64,000 nucleotides of DNA from Chrysomallon squamiferum (GCA_012295275.1 CM022678.1:1302001-1366000); one strand, 5' to 3'. Counted from the first letter of the stretch, positions 24,571 to 41,323 are shown. The notes: generated by a model not told the origin, from the letters alone. Made by a program: numbers and translations.

Positions 24571-27500
24571 ATTATTGTGGTTGTTGTTCTTAACATTCTG
24601 GGATCTGTGAACTTTTACTTTGAAAATATACTGAAAGCATAAAATAATTCCTAAAATCTGACTTCTGATAAACCAACTTGGAATTTCTTTCAGTGGACTG
24701 AACCGTTAACATTTTATTATTTTTGAGTTTCGAAGAAAATTTAATAAGTTTTTTATATAACTTTCAGTTTATAAAATAAAAGATGTTAAGTCATTATAAG
24801 ACTTCTTCTTTTGTTTTGGATATGTGAATTCCTGTTAACTGTTTAGTGGATTGGTCCATAACTTAACTTTGTACCGGGTTAACAATGCCTGAAATCTGAA
24901 TAGTTTATTAATATATGACAGCACGAAATTAATTACATTACTGATAAAAATGATATTATATAATAATAATAATATAACATTGTTTAAGATATTCAAAAGT
25001 TGTTTCATGCTTTTAAAATTATTCTGCACTAATCAGCATAAACCAATGCTTTTTTAATGTATACGGGGCATTGAGTAAATGACTTATTTCCCCAAATTAC
25101 TTTTAATAATCCATGTAGAATTGACTGCATTATGAAGGAATACGAATTTAAAGTTTGTAAACACTGATCGGCGTTCGACGCTGCCATCTTGGATTTCGAT
25201 CGGAAGTTTCCGTGAGTTCACGGAAGTTTTTAAACTTCCAAATTCAATTATTTTACGTCTGTCTTTTGAAATGTTTATGATTTACACTGACAAAGATAAG
25301 GATGGTTGTTCATATTACCAAACTATAAAGTCCAGCGCCTTTCGTAACTGCTTGTTCAACTTAATAAAACTTTTCAAACTGGATTATTTTTGTGCAAATG
25401 CATGCATAATAAACTAAAATTATAAAACGGTAAAAGATTAATATATTAACCTTTCTAACTGCCAATATTCTCCGTGTCAGAACCCAACAGAAAAGAACAT
25501 TCAGATGTATTTTGCGTCCATTAAATTCTGGAGGCATTTTTTTCCGGCGACGTATTTTGTGCCGTTACGAGTTATCGTTCCTGTTGGTCCAGGCTACAGT
25601 AATTACAATAATTTATGATCATCTTTACTTTTTAATAATTGTTTTATTCAGTGAAAAATAGAATTATTGTAAGGATTCAAAGTAAATTTTAATGTTTATC
25701 CAGATAAAAAATAATAAGAAAGTTTACATTCTTGTTCTCTGAAGCAACACTTAGCAACATCGCACCATTTTAAATCATGTGGGTCACGTAAAATACAAAC
25801 GGGTTGCGGCTTGGACCAGAAATCGAGGTTCAAACTTGTTTACTTGAAAAGTTAACTAGAGCGAAAACATTAAGTTTTAATAATAAACATTTCATTCTCA
25901 AACATTTACAAAATTATTTCGGCCTCCATCGCCTGCTTTATGAGATGACTGAACCCTTACAGATACCATCTTTCCTAAAAACAACAGCCCGTCAATACAA
26001 CAAAAAGGCAGCCACTGATGCGCAATGCAGAAAAAAACCGGTCACAGAGTCAGGCCTACTTCCTGCATACCTACTTAAAATATACCGTTTGTTTGGATAT
26101 TTAATGTTAACCTGTATTATCAATGCGGGCATTAACTGTTACCAACAAATACAACAATGCAACAAATTAATTAGGTAAAAGAGAAATATTGTAATTTTAT
26201 TAGTTCATAATTACTTTTAAATGAAAACTGAAACGAAAGCCGAGTTGCGGGATCGCCACTGAAAAGTTTGACTGTTAAATTTTAAATAAACAGTCAACAG
26301 TGACTGCATTTACAAAAAGTGAGAATGTTTGTATGCGTATTATTGAAAATGCCTGTATTGTTGTAAATCAATACTAATCATTTAACGATAATACGTGATT
26401 AAACAACTGATGTATTTAAATATATTTATAATCGGTAAGATTGCTGGAAAGTGTACTGTTGTAAAGAAAAGTAAAAAAAAACTAAGAAATAATTATAACA
26501 AATGTTTGTAACGGAATAAAACCACCCTAACCTGCAATGTAAATGTGTAAAAAAAATCACAGATAATGAAGAGAAATGAAAAAAAAAAAAAAAAATGAAG
26601 AAAAAACAAACACAAACAACATGTACGGATATATTTTAAAAAATGATCTTATCCAAATCCATAGACATATTCAAAACACGTGACATAATTACAAACAAAG
26701 CACATACATGCTCATACATACATATTAACAAATATGCATGGTCACACAATTAATTAAAAACAGATACAACAAAAAAGACGAATAAAAACAAAAATAAAAG
26801 ATTTATTTATTTGATTTACAAAACAAGGGCTTAAATATTTAGTTTGTCAAAACAGTTTAAATAACCATCAATAGCATTCATCATTGTATGTAAACCATTA
26901 AATAAACATTCAATATTTTGTATTGAACAGTATTGCATTTATGTTGTTTTCATTATTATATGTAAATTAGTACACAAATATTCAACATTATTCTCATTGA
27001 ACTTTATTACATTTATGCTGTTATCGTTGTTATACGTAAATTAATAAATAAATATGCAATATCTTTGTCGAAATGGTTTACATATATGTTGTTGATGTAT
27101 ATGAAATACAGTAACAGAAATAGTCTACTAGAGTATTAATATCTACATCAGTATACAAAGACAGGATCACATTTTCCATTTTTTTAATTTCCAAGTCTTT
27201 AACAACCATGTTTGTTTCTTGCATGAACTAAACTAGAAAATCTAAAGTAATGTGATAAATATCTACATCTAGAATTAATGTCAACAGATCTAGAGAACAT
27301 TTTATTATTATTTTGTTAACATTTCATTGTTTCGAGGTAACATTTTGATTAGTTTATATTTTCCTCCATTTCATACAACGAACATCGTTTTCATTTGTCC
27401 TGTTCATTGAAATATTTAACAATGTCGTCACAAAAAGTAAAATAATAATAATAATAAAATTATAAATAAAAAAAATATAATAAAATAAATGGTAACCAAA

Positions 27501-27602
27501 AAAATAAAATAAAATAAATGGTAACCAAAAAAAAATAAAAATAAAATAAAATAAAATAGAATGAAGCAAAATCAAATAAATATTAAAATAAGATATTTAA
27601 AA

Positions 27603-29962
27603 CTAACACGTTGAAAATCGTCTTGTGCTGATGTTCATTTTTGTTACACCGATATGTTTAAGAGGATCTGGAGACAGACAGCTGTAGCACGGAATATCGA
27701 GCACTCTTGACAGTTGCTGAAATTCCTCCATTTCCCACTGCGCATCATCCAGCATGTCCTGGTGCCTCTCGCAGCTTCGACTCAGTCTGAGTTGTGACAG
27801 GTCACGTCTAATGCCGAGAAGCTGTCTGGCGAGTGACTGGTCTTGTCGCCGAAGTTCAATCTAAATATAGAAACTGTAGTAGTAGTAGTAGTAGTAATAA
27901 TAGTAGTAGTAGTAGTAGTAGCAGTAATAGTAGTAGTAGTAGTAGTAGTAGTAATAATAATAGAAAAATGTAAAATAATTAAAGGGAGATTATCAAAAAA
28001 GGAATAATAATGATGATGATGATGATGATGACGATAAAAATGATAATGTAGTACTGGTACTAGTAATAGTAAATAAAAATAAAATAATTAAAAGGAGATT
28101 ATCCATTCAATAAATGAATAATAATAAGAAGAAGAAGAAGAAGAAGAGAACAGAATAGAATAATAAAAAAGAAATAATAACATAAAGGGAGGCAACTCGT
28201 ACAACACCAAACGAACACTGTCACAGTACACATGTAAATGATTTGATAAAATAAACTAAAACTAAATTATTACTGAAATTAAATTTATAAACATATCATT
28301 TTCATATCAAAAATTGTCGAACTGATGTAAAAGTAGTAGTAGTAGCAGTAGTAGCGGTATGGATGTCCAAGTAATAATAATAATAGAAGTGATAGTATTA
28401 GCAGTAGTAATAATAGTGGTAATAGTCACAGTAGTCCTAGTAATAGAAGTCATTGATATTACTACTACAACTATTACTACTACTACTAGTAGTAATATTA
28501 ATAGTTGTAGTAATAGTAGTGGTGGTGGTAGTAGCAGCAACAGCAGTAGTAGTAGTAATAGTAGTAATAGTAATAGTAGTACAGTGGGTCTCACATACCA
28601 GTTCGTTTTTTATCCAATCCAGCGCATGGTTTATTCGTTCTTTTCGTTCCGGAGTTAATTTATCATTTTTAGTCTTCGCGGCATCCACGGATATGAAAGC
28701 GAGGCTCGGCTTGTCGACGAACTGAGCTTTCCAGGCAACAACACTTGGTCTCCTAGTTTTCAGATTTAACCTTGTTGCCGTGGCCTTGACCTGGCTGAGG
28801 TCGGAATCGTCAATTTTAGTCACGGAAAGATCTTCGGAAATGTCCGGGATGACGTCACCGACATCTTCTGAGATAATAGGAAGATGTTGAGCCGCTGAAA
28901 TAATTAACAATATTTATTTATTTATTTATTATTATTTTTTATTTTTTTCTGCTTGTATGTTTATTAAAACGCAGTAAATTCTTGTTGTTTTAATACTACG
29001 GAAGTGATTTTATTTTGTATTTATGAAGAGAGATGACAGAGACAGACTGACATAGGAAGAGAATTTCACACTGCTTCATTAGACACTATTTTCACATTAA
29101 CTCACTATATACTACTTGCATACCACTTCACTGATTTCATAACTAAATACTACTTTCACAATACTTCACTGTACATTACTTTCACACTACTTCACTGTAC
29201 ATTACTTTCATACTACTTCACTGTACATTACTTTCATACTACTTCACTGTACATTACTTTCATACTACTTCACTGTACATTACTTTCATACTACTTAACT
29301 GTACATTACTTTCATACTACTTCACTGTACATTACTTTCATACTACTTCACTGTACATTACTTTCATACTACTTCACTGTACATTACTTTCATACTACTT
29401 CACTGTACATTACTTTCATCCTACTTCACTGTACATTACTTTGATTCTACTTAACTGTACATTACTTTCATACTACTTCACTGTACATTACTTTCATACT
29501 ACTTCACTGTACATTACTTTCACATACTTCACTGTACATTACTTTCACATACTTCACTGTACATTACTTTCATACTACTTCACTGTACATTACTTTCATA
29601 CTACTTCTCTGTACATTACTTTCATACTACTTCGCTATACACTATTTTCATACTACTTCACACTATACTACTTGCGTACTACTTTACAAAACACTGCTTG
29701 TATATTACTTCAATACAGACTTTCATTTTCATAATTTTATATTACTTCAATAAATACTACTTTCGTTATACTTTCATGCTACTTCAATATGCACTATTTT
29801 CATACTGCTTCAATATTTACTATTCAGTGAACACGATATTCATACTACTTCAGTGAACACCACTTTCACAGTTAAATACACACTGTTTTCTCATACTACG
29901 TCACTACTCACTACATCAGACTGACCTGGGTCAAGATACGAGCTTTTCCTTCTACCTCCCAT
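27603..29962 (-). CDS. FAM167A: Protein FAM167A-like, about 196 aa
   Basis: Exons 29962-29926 (MGGRRKSSYLDP), 28894-28599 (...RLNLKTRRPS...INHALDWIKNEL) and 27860-27603 (IELRRQDQSLARQLL...LKHIGVTKMNISTRRFSTC*). Phases agree; the C-terminus matches the FAM167 signature GVTKMNI..RRFS.C. Confidence 0.9.
29150..29635. repeat. 26-bp intronic minisatellite, about 18 copies, with decayed flanks to about 29065 and 29900
   Basis: Unit catactacttcactgtacattacttt. Confidence 0.95.
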
Positions 29963-30159
29963 GTCAAAGATTTTGATTGACAGGTTTTTGTTTTACTTGT
30001 TACTGTTACCACGCCCACCAGTCATCTCATTGGACAATCTGTAAATAAAGAATAGATTGGTTTTAACAGAAACAGAGCGTTTTCTCTGTCTAAAAATGAA
30101 AGTATGATAATTTATTTATTTATGGGGGAAAATTCGAAACTTATTAGTAATAATAGATG

Positions 30160-30194
<35 letters not shown>

Positions 30195-30845
30195 TTTTTT
30201 TTTTAGCTAGTTAGAACTAATATTTAAAAGAAGGAGTGTTCGAATCTTCACTTCGGATATATTTAGAATCGACTTTTTATTAAGAAAAATAAAAGGAATT
30301 TAACTTAACTAACTAACTAAATATAATATATATATAATATAATGAAATAAAAGGAGATATTGAGAGATACGCACAATCTTGTTTTAGCATACTCGTTAAT
30401 GCTACATTTAATGAAAAAAAAAAAAAATAAACAGTCATCTCAAATTATACCAAATATAACCCAAATTCTACTAACATACCTATATTTTAACAACAAACCT
30501 GTAATACAACTACTTTAAAGCACAAGGAAATATTTTAGGCTGTGTTTTTTTTTCTTTTACATTAGACACAAATACGCTTTAATGAGAAACAAAACTAGTA
30601 AAGGTACTAAAACCTTTTAGAGTGTATGTTTGTGTTATCTAAGATAGATGCTGACGAATTCCACTGCGTGATGGTTAAAACAAAATGTCTTTTGTCACGT
30701 GTTTTGCAAAGTGTTTGGCGTAGCAAACTGTGACAGGACAGTGTATCTAGGTAACCAGTCAATGTTTCCCAGGAAATGTGAGATAATTATGACACTGATG
30801 ATGAAAAATGCGTAAGTTTTTACTCAGCCAAAAAAAGAAAATTCC

Positions 30846-30893
<48 letters not shown>

Positions 30894-30938
30894 TTATTAT
30901 TATTATTTTATTCGTAAGCTTATCAGGCAGAGATAGAC

Positions 30939-31111
<173 letters not shown>

Positions 31112-31669
31112 ATTCGTATTTATTTTTATTACAAATTACGTCATGCAAACCAGCATATCAAACGGAAAAGTGAGTTCAAGGTGTATAAGAATTTGCTGTA
31201 TACTAATTTTAGATAATTTAAATAACAATCAATATTTATTTAAACAAAAATTACAATAGTAAAATGAATCAATCTAATCATGAAATGATCTATTACGTAA
31301 TGCACGAAAATACACAGAAATTTACAAAAATTACCGAAGTGCACCAAATTTCTTTTTTAAACTGCAAGTAAATATACTACTATAATATTCGTATTATTAA
31401 TTCTGTGTTAGTTTTCGTTTAATCAGTTCATGAGAACGGATATCAGTTTCCGAAACGAAAGAATTGCCTTGTGTGTGTCTCTGTATGTATGTCTGTGTGT
31501 GTGTGTGTGTGTGCATGTGTGTGTGTATATATATGTGTGTCTGTGTGTGTGTGTGTATTACTCACTGTGCACATATAAGCAATACTAACGGTGTATCAAT
31601 TGTACTCGTAATAATAATTGTAGCAGTAGTAGAAGTAGACGTAGGAACAGTAATAGTATTAACAGTAAC

Positions 31670-31858
31670 AGCAGCATTAACAGTAATAAGTAGTAATATA
31701 AAAGTAATATCAGTAGATTAGTTGTTACAAACAGTAATAGTATTAACAGTAGTAAGTAGTAATAAAAGTAATATCAGTAGATTAGTTGTTACAAACAGTA
31801 ATAGTATTAACAGTAGTAAGTAATAATAAAAGTAATATCGGTAGATTAGTTGTTACAA
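31670..31858. repeat. Tandem repeat of about 64 bp, about 3 copies
   Basis: acagtaatagtattaacagtagtaagtagtaataaaagtaatatcagtagattagttgttaca. Confidence 0.85.
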
Positions 31859-32079
31859 AAAGAAGTAGTGAAGTTAAAACACAGTAAATTACCAGAAACA
31901 GTAATAAAAACTCTACCTCGAATGATAACTGTATTAACTAACGCGCGGTGTGGTGTATCTGTTGTACTGTTCAGCTAGAAGTGACAAAACAAACTCGTCT
32001 CAGCCCTTCCTCCACACTTGACGCAACGGAAAACAGGATCAGAATGGAAACGGAGGCGAGTATAAGCTTCTTGTTATCT

Positions 32080-32416
32080 GAGATTTACATAAAGCTATGG
32101 GCAATTTAGAGTTAAAAATGATTTACATAAACCTATAGGCTATTTAGAGTTAAAATGAATTACATAAACCTATAGGCTATTTAGAGTTAAAATGAATTAC
32201 ATAAACCTATGGGTTATTTAGAGTTAAAATGATTTACATAAACCTATGGGTTATCTAGAGTTAAAATGATTTACATAAACCTATGGGTTATTTAGAGCTA
32301 AAATAATTTACGTAAACCTATGGGTTATTTAGAGCTAAAATAATTTACGTAAACCTATGGGTTATTTAGAGCTAAAATAATTTACGTAAACCTATGGGTT
32401 ATTTAGAGTAAAAATG
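32080..32416. repeat. 37-bp minisatellite, about 9 copies
   Basis: Unit gatttacataaacctatgggttatttagagttaaaat. Confidence 0.95.
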
Positions 32417-33016
32417 TACGTTATAGCAATTTAACCTACAGTTTATTTAACACTGATCTTCTTTATGTGTTATTTGTACTGAAGATGTAAAGTAGACAGA
32501 CTACTGGTTATTTATTCTGAACCTACTAGTTACATCAAACGTAACCTGTGAACTGTTTGAGCTGAATGTTTTTCATTAAACCTAGGTTGTTGCTGGGTTA
32601 ACAACTGTTAGGTTTAGTTTTACTGGTTTGCAGCAGAGTCAGTTTAGAACTGGAAACCGTGTTATGTTAGATTATCAGTGATCTGGATCATGTGAATTTG
32701 ATTACCCAAATCACTTGTAAAAAACTGAATTTTGTTTTAAGTGTTGGTGATTGTGTACCTCTGTTTATAAGTGAGCATATATTTATTTATTTACTTACTT
32801 ATTTACTTACTTACTTATTTATTTATTTAGTTATTTATTTATTTATTTATTATATATTTACTTACTTATTTATTTATTTATGTACTTACTTATTCATTCA
32901 TTTATTTATTTACTTACTTACTTATTTTTCTTATTTGTTTTGTTTTACTTACTTACTCATTTATTCATTCATATACTTAGTCTACGTAAAATTTTATCTG
33001 AAAGTTGACTCTTTTG

Positions 33017-33112
<96 letters not shown>

Positions 33113-34175
33113 GAACATTTATTAGCTTTTAATTAGAGGGCCGATGATGACATTATCCCGATGTGAAATCGGGGCGGTCTTGTCGGCTACAAGTTAGGAT
33201 TAAGCGGGATTCATGAGAAAGCGGCACTTTTGAAGTTTCTTACATCAATAACTCAGTCTGGCAGGGAAATAGTCGCTGTTTAATACACTTTGCAGACATA
33301 AATTTACTTCTTTGAGAGAAGGGAGAAAAAAAGTTACAAACAGAAAGAGAAATTATAATTTTACAAACAAACTTTCATACACCTGCGCATATATACATAA
33401 ACATACATACATACATATTCATAATTACAAACATATATATACATTAATATTCAATATATATATGTATATATATAATTTTGTAAGAACGCTACACACATAC
33501 CACATACAGAGAACACATACGCACACTTATATGCGAACATACGCGCACGCGCGCACCCCCACACATGAACAAACACACATTTGTACATACAGACAAACGC
33601 ATGGTGTGAACGTTTATCCATTAACACATTCCTTACATCACTCAAAATGATCGTTACCTCTACGATGAAGAACGAGAACGACATTACTTCGGCAAGGAAA
33701 ACGACAACAACAGCAACAACAACACCAATTTCATATAGCAGACGAAATGAAACGCTGTTTGAATTACTAAAAACATTAAAAAACAAAAAACAAAAAAAAG
33801 TTACGTTGTAATATTCTGTTTTCAGTAAGAAGAATTCTAAAGATCTGCAGCAGACAGAAAAACTGAAATTTAATAAATGAGCTTTGGAAATGAAGATGTA
33901 ACTGTAACCGTTATATATATATATATATTAGTATAAATTAAAATGGTAATTCATGCATACGTACATTCCATCGAAAACACTCGTCAGATTCATCTTCTAG
34001 AAGTGTCGTTTGCTGGGCATGCGCACTGACAAGAAAAACAACATTAAAGTTTATTTTGTGTCAAGACTGCAGCTTCCAAAGGATTAATTAAAAAACTGGT
34101 CGTACCAGACTTGAATAACAATAGTTTTACCTACATTAAACTGCGAGTGAACAGAATTACATAACACAAATAAAC

Positions 34176-34271
<96 letters not shown>

Positions 34272-34483
34272 ACGCATGTCTGTGTTTGCGTAAATATATT
34301 AACACTGTTATCTTTTAAATACTTCTGTTAGTCATAAAACGTCTGATACGTACATACTATTTTAATACATTTATACATACATACATACATACATACATAC
34401 ATACATACATACATACATTCATACATACATACATACATACATACATACATACATTCATACATACATACATACATACATACATT

Positions 34484-34517
<34 letters not shown>

Positions 34518-34624
34518 CACAAACTAATATGAAATAGTTCATAAATGTACACGTACGCTTACGCACTCAAAATCACCTTCATTGTGAATGTAATATTAAT
34601 AAGAATAAAATAATAATAATAATT

Positions 34625-34692
<68 letters not shown>

Positions 34693-35539
34693 TACACACA
34701 TACATACATACAAAGAATAGTGCTGCTAATTTCAGTTTAAATATCTTACTGAATTTGATGGCTGAACGTCACGCTGTTTAGGTCGTCCCCCGATTCTTTT
34801 TACGACAGATTAATATCAAGTACAGCAAATTACCCTATCAGACTGTACGTAGCGCGCTCGGCAACTGACGAAGAGAGAGTAAGGAAACTCGGGAAGTTTC
34901 GACACAATACGGACATTTGTCAAAGTCACCGTGACCCCGAGGTCAAATGCCATTCGTCAGTTATCGTTCATAATTTACAGTAGGAGGCGCTTCGTTTGAA
35001 GTTAAAGTATTTGATATAAATTATGTAAACGTTTGAACAACTGCATGGTGCACGTGCGCAGTGCAGGCGACTAGACTGGTTGCTAGGTAACGAAGGGTTA
35101 TTAATTACTGGTCTCTTTTTTTCCTCGTATTTGTCACTGTACAGGTAAATAAATAATAAATAAAACAATAAATTAGTCAATAGAACACCCTAACAACACA
35201 GAAATGTATTTTGAAAGAACAACACTCTAAATGTTGACTTTTGCGAAACTCTATGTTAGATGCCGGAATAGTTAAGATGTGCAACTTCTGACCGCAGTGT
35301 TTCGTATGAGAGTGAAAGGATCTTGTTCACAGTAGATAAAAATCGACGCCTAACGGAATAGGCCAAACGGCGGGTACACATTTTGCGATTGTATTAGTTC
35401 ATCGGACAAAATCGTATCCGACCGTCCGATAGTCCGTTATAAGAAAAAGATCAAACTGTTCATTTTTACCATCTTGTTTGAAATAGAGATAAATAACGAA
35501 GTCAGATGACTAAAACAGCGCGCCGTTCAATTTACATAC

Positions 35540-36125
<586 letters not shown>

Positions 36126-36997
36126 TCAATCTCGCAGGACAATCCTCAAGAAGTATAGCGATGAACGAACAATTTCTGCAAGTTGAAATCAGTGTCTCGA
36201 CCCGTACAGCCATTTCTCTCTGTTACGATACTATCCAGTCACTGGGTCATGTGGGTGGAGTAATCTCGCTCATAAATATTCATAACTCGACCTCTGTGTC
36301 GGCACGTAAAGGCTTTACTCTCGAACAGTCATGATTGTGTTATGTATTAGATGTATTATATTATGCATTACATATATTATATTATATATTACATATATTA
36401 TATTACGTATTACATGTATATTTAAATGCCTGAAAGTGACACTAAAACTATGCATTCAGATGCAATCGTATCGTATTGCTCAACCATCGCGTGGAAAAAA
36501 ACATAAAACAATATCAATTTCGTCCCGATGAAGCGATGAACGATAATCGCGGTAATATCGGTATCGAAAGTCAATTCACATTTTATCGTTAAAGATCGAT
36601 TTCACAATTGATACAAAGGAGAAAAATCATATGTGTGTATTCGATAGATTATTATTAGTAGCAGAGTGGCAGTATTAGTTGTATTAGTAGTGTGGTAGCA
36701 GTAATAGCAGTAGTTGTAGTAATAGTACAGTTTTAGAATTAATTAATTAATTTGGCTGCTATTTTTTTGTTTTTTATATGTATTTATAAATAATTTTAAC
36801 TGGAAACTCCAACGTACGGACAACACACAAAAGTATGAACACGAGAACTTTCTCTTCTGCTTAAATAATCGGAGTAAATGAAGAACTGTTGAACATTTGC
36901 CAGGAAAAAAAGTTAGAGAAGCATTCATTACCAATTTTTCCCCTCGGATTTCTTTATTTCACCTTTATTTTAGCAGCTGAACAAATCTTGACTCCAA

Positions 36998-37036
<39 letters not shown>

Positions 37037-40000
37037 ACGATTATAAATGTCAAAAAAAAAAAAAAAGAACACATTGCTATTATTCGTTCAACATTTCACA
37101 AATGATTAAAAACAAATAAAAAGAAAATAAAAGAAAATCTGCTCACCTTAATCAGAAACAAATAGCAAATAACCTGGCAGAAATGAACTACGCACACACA
37201 AAACCGATAAAACTCGACACCACGAAAACACGTCCCGCGGTGCTCAGAAGTCTATAGCGAGTGTTGGTACTCGACTGAAGACTGCCGAGCGCTAACACAC
37301 TGAATGCGGTTAACGAACTGTGACTCTTTAGAAAACCGTGTAGACTATACAAGTTGACTTTGTAACTTAGATTGTCTACACAAAACTCTGTTTTTTCCCT
37401 TTAGTGTTTCTGTGCTTTGCCTTGCCTCGATTGATTCCGTTGGATTTTGTTTGCATTATTTGATCTAGCAGCTGTGGTTATTATTTTATTTGACTTTAAT
37501 TTTAATTTATTAATTTAATTTAATTTAATTTAATTTAATTTAATTTAATTTAATTTCTTTCTTTCTTTCTTTGCATATTAATTTGTTTTTATCGTCATCG
37601 TCATCATAATCATTTTATTTTATGTTTATTAGATTACACATTTAATAAGAATATACACACATAGACACATACACAAACACTTACACACACACATACGCAC
37701 ACTGCGCCACATCCACACATTTTCACAGACACTCATATACACTCACACTACCATACAGATACCCACACACATATGCATATCCACTCACTCTCTCTCACTC
37801 ACACACACACACACACTAACACACACTAACACACGGGTACAGTAATAAAATAATATAAAACAATTTACGGGCGACACTGTGTGTTTTAATGATAACAGAC
37901 ACAAGAAGGAGACTAAGAATCGTTAACGGTAAAAGAAAAACGTTTGATTTGTTTTCAACATTATTTGCATTTACTCTCAGTCTCTCCGGTTTAAGACACA
38001 TTTTTTTTTTTTCAAGATATAAAAAAAAAAATATGGTCGTAAAAAGCAGTAAAATTACATGTTGAAATACCACAAGTAGTAGTAGTAGTAGTAGTAGTAG
38101 CAGTAGTAGTAATATTAGTAGAAGAAGCAGTAGCTATGGCAGTAGCAGTAGTAGTAGTAGTAGCTGTAGTAATCGCAGAAGTTATATAAGGAGGTGAATC
38201 TTGAAGTAGTAGTAGTAGTGGTGGTAGTGGAAGTAGCAGTAACTGAGATGGTTGTAATTGTCACAGTGTAAGTAGCAATAGTACTAACAATATAAATAGT
38301 ATCAGTTATTTTTATTATAATAGAAATAGTAGCACTTATCATTATTATAACAGAAATAGTAGCAGTTATTATCATTGTAATAGTAGTGGTAGTAGCAGTC
38401 GTAAAAGTATAAACGGTAAATTTAATTATAAGAATATAAATCGTGTTCTCAAAACGAAACATATATAATACAACTGTAAATGTGAAACTAAATGATTACA
38501 AAGAGAGAACGGAAATAACTTGCACGTGAAACTGAAACATGTGATACGGAAGTGATGCATCTGTCGTCTTTAAACTGATAAAAAAAAATAATAATAATAA
38601 TAATCACAATGAAACATAAAATTCCCCACAAAATGCATTAACAGTCACAAAATTTGATCATACAGGATTAAGCTCATATATATTCTACGGTAATTTTTTT
38701 TTTTTTTTTTTTTTTTTTTTTGTCTATGACGTTTTAATGAGCAAATAATACGTATTTATTGTGCTAAATTATATGAATGCGATATTGACTTGTGGTCGAC
38801 CCTAACTGAATAAGTCTACCGTGAAAAGCAATAGACTGTCAACACAGTGCCATACTTCAAACATAAGAGAGCGTAACAATTTGACGGCACTGGTTACTAG
38901 AGGGCGCTAGGGAATACACAGACGCGTCAGAAGTATTCACGGTAGGCCGGGAGTAACAAAGCAGAAGTTGTGTTCGAATTATGAATAGGACACGATACAA
39001 ACACGATAAAGTGATTATGTTTATGTTGTCACACAGAACGCTCGGAATGTACGATGTTATTAAAATCATATGTTACGGTTATAAATATTTATAATTGGAT
39101 TTAGATAATTTGTACATGACAGAGCCTTTTAGAAATCCCGTCTTTATATCTGTATAAATATATATATATATATACACACACATAAACACATACGCGCAGA
39201 GAAAGAGACAGACATACTTATATATATACATACATACATACATATTCATACATCTGCATACAAACATATAATCTTACATACATACATATATTAATTCAGA
39301 TAATACATATATATATACATACATACATTCATACAAACAGATACATACATATATATATATACAAACATATAATCGTACATACATATTTACATTCATACAT
39401 ATATACTTTATGTATATATTGATATATTAATTGAGATAAAACAAACCAAACCAGAACTTTTAAAACACGTCTTTAATTAAAGTGTACATTTCTAGATAAT
39501 ATCATTCCTTTTCTTTATCTTATACTAGTAAAAAATAAAAGGTCATGTCTGCGCATGTCAGAGTTCGTCTTTTCAGCTTATCAACATTATCTTTTATCAA
39601 GTGTCGCATCTAGACACTCACACTTTGCACCACCGAATTATCGCCCTTTTAACATTTAGCCGCTAGGGATGTCGAAATAAGCCTCGTCGATCTAATCTGA
39701 ACACAAACGACCACTTTACGACGGAGACTAATCCTCGGAACACTCTAAAACTAAGTGATAACTGTTTGGTAGTACTTTCTAAACGACAATCGTACAGAAC
39801 GGCTTCGTTTTACATACCTGCGTACAACAAAAGCTTTAATCATTTGCTACGGGTTAAATTTTGCTTAAATTCTGCTCCGGGGCACGAATGCAAGTTATGT
39901 TAAGAAGGAAGTGAGTGTGAGGAATAATTATTAAAAGCGAAGTGCTGGGTGGCTTTCTTTCGTCATAAAGGTTACACAACACTTAAAATAAAACGTCTCG

Positions 40001-40356
40001 TTTGACCTGCCGTGTCAAGAATTAAATCGATGCCCCACCCTTTTTTTTTTCTCACTCTCGTTCGACAAAAATATTCACCTTAAAGCTAGTTTGTCTAATA
40101 TATTTGTAAGTAAGTAGTTAATAAATTGTTGCTGTTGCTGTTGTTGTAGCGGTTGTTGTTGTTATTATTAATGTTTTTGTTTTTGTTGTTATTACTATTT
40201 TTTTTTTTATTATTATTATTGGTGCTGTTCTTATTGTTGTTTGTTGTTGTTATTGTCATTGTTGTTGTTGATGATGATGATATTGTTGTTGTTACTGTCA
40301 CTACAATTACTAGTAGTACTTTTATAATACCTGATTATATGCTGTTAAAGAAACTA

Positions 40357-40442
<86 letters not shown>

Positions 40443-40665
40443 TAAAAATCAAAGGTAATTTTTTTGCCTGTAATGATCAGGCACGCACATACAATCACAT
40501 TCGCAAACATACAATCACACTCATATACACATGCATACGTACATACTCATACATACACACAGACACATACATACATACACATATATACTTATACACATAT
40601 ATGCATAAAACTTAATAAAGACGAAGACACATAAACACACATATAATAATTATAATAATAAATAA

Positions 40666-40725
<60 letters not shown>

Positions 40726-41291
40726 AATAAATAAATAAATATTAACCTGATAATATATCATAACAAATAATTTTCTACTTACTCTTGCATACGAACTCTC
40801 TCTCTCACTTTAGTTCTTTTCTTTTTTCTTGTAACTTCGTACACCCAAACTTCTCAACTCCAGCGTCAAATCGGCGCATACGACAACATCAAACGATTAC
40901 TTAACGAACGTGCTGACGTCGTTCGACACTCCATTCGTGACAGTGCGTTCATGTCGCTAATGCATCTGACAGATGTTTTGCTCGTATCTCTTGAAATCAG
41001 TTTCACTGATCAACATTCTGCCGTGACCTCGGGTCACCGGTAATGGAGTTCTATTTTAACAATCGCATAAACACGAAAGTCTAAGTCAGGGCGGAGTCCT
41101 TTCCTCCTCCCCTCCCCTCCCCAACTCATTTTGTCTTCGGCTTCGTTTGTTTTCTTTTAATTTACCGAATGTTAATGAGAATCATCTTGTCCTAGTTCTT
41201 TTTTTTTTTAATAATTATCATCATCATTAATATTGTTTTTATTATTATCATCATCGTCGTGTATTGCTGTTGTTGATATATTATTATTATT

Positions 41292-41323
<32 letters not shown>

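Noticed and set aside
25804-26178. 124-aa ORF
   Set aside because: Non-ATG start, no recognisable motif, no clear splice context
28307-28725. Overlapping low-complexity ORFs
   Set aside because: Derived from (TAG/TAA)n intronic repeats and the antisense strand of the FAM167A-like exon
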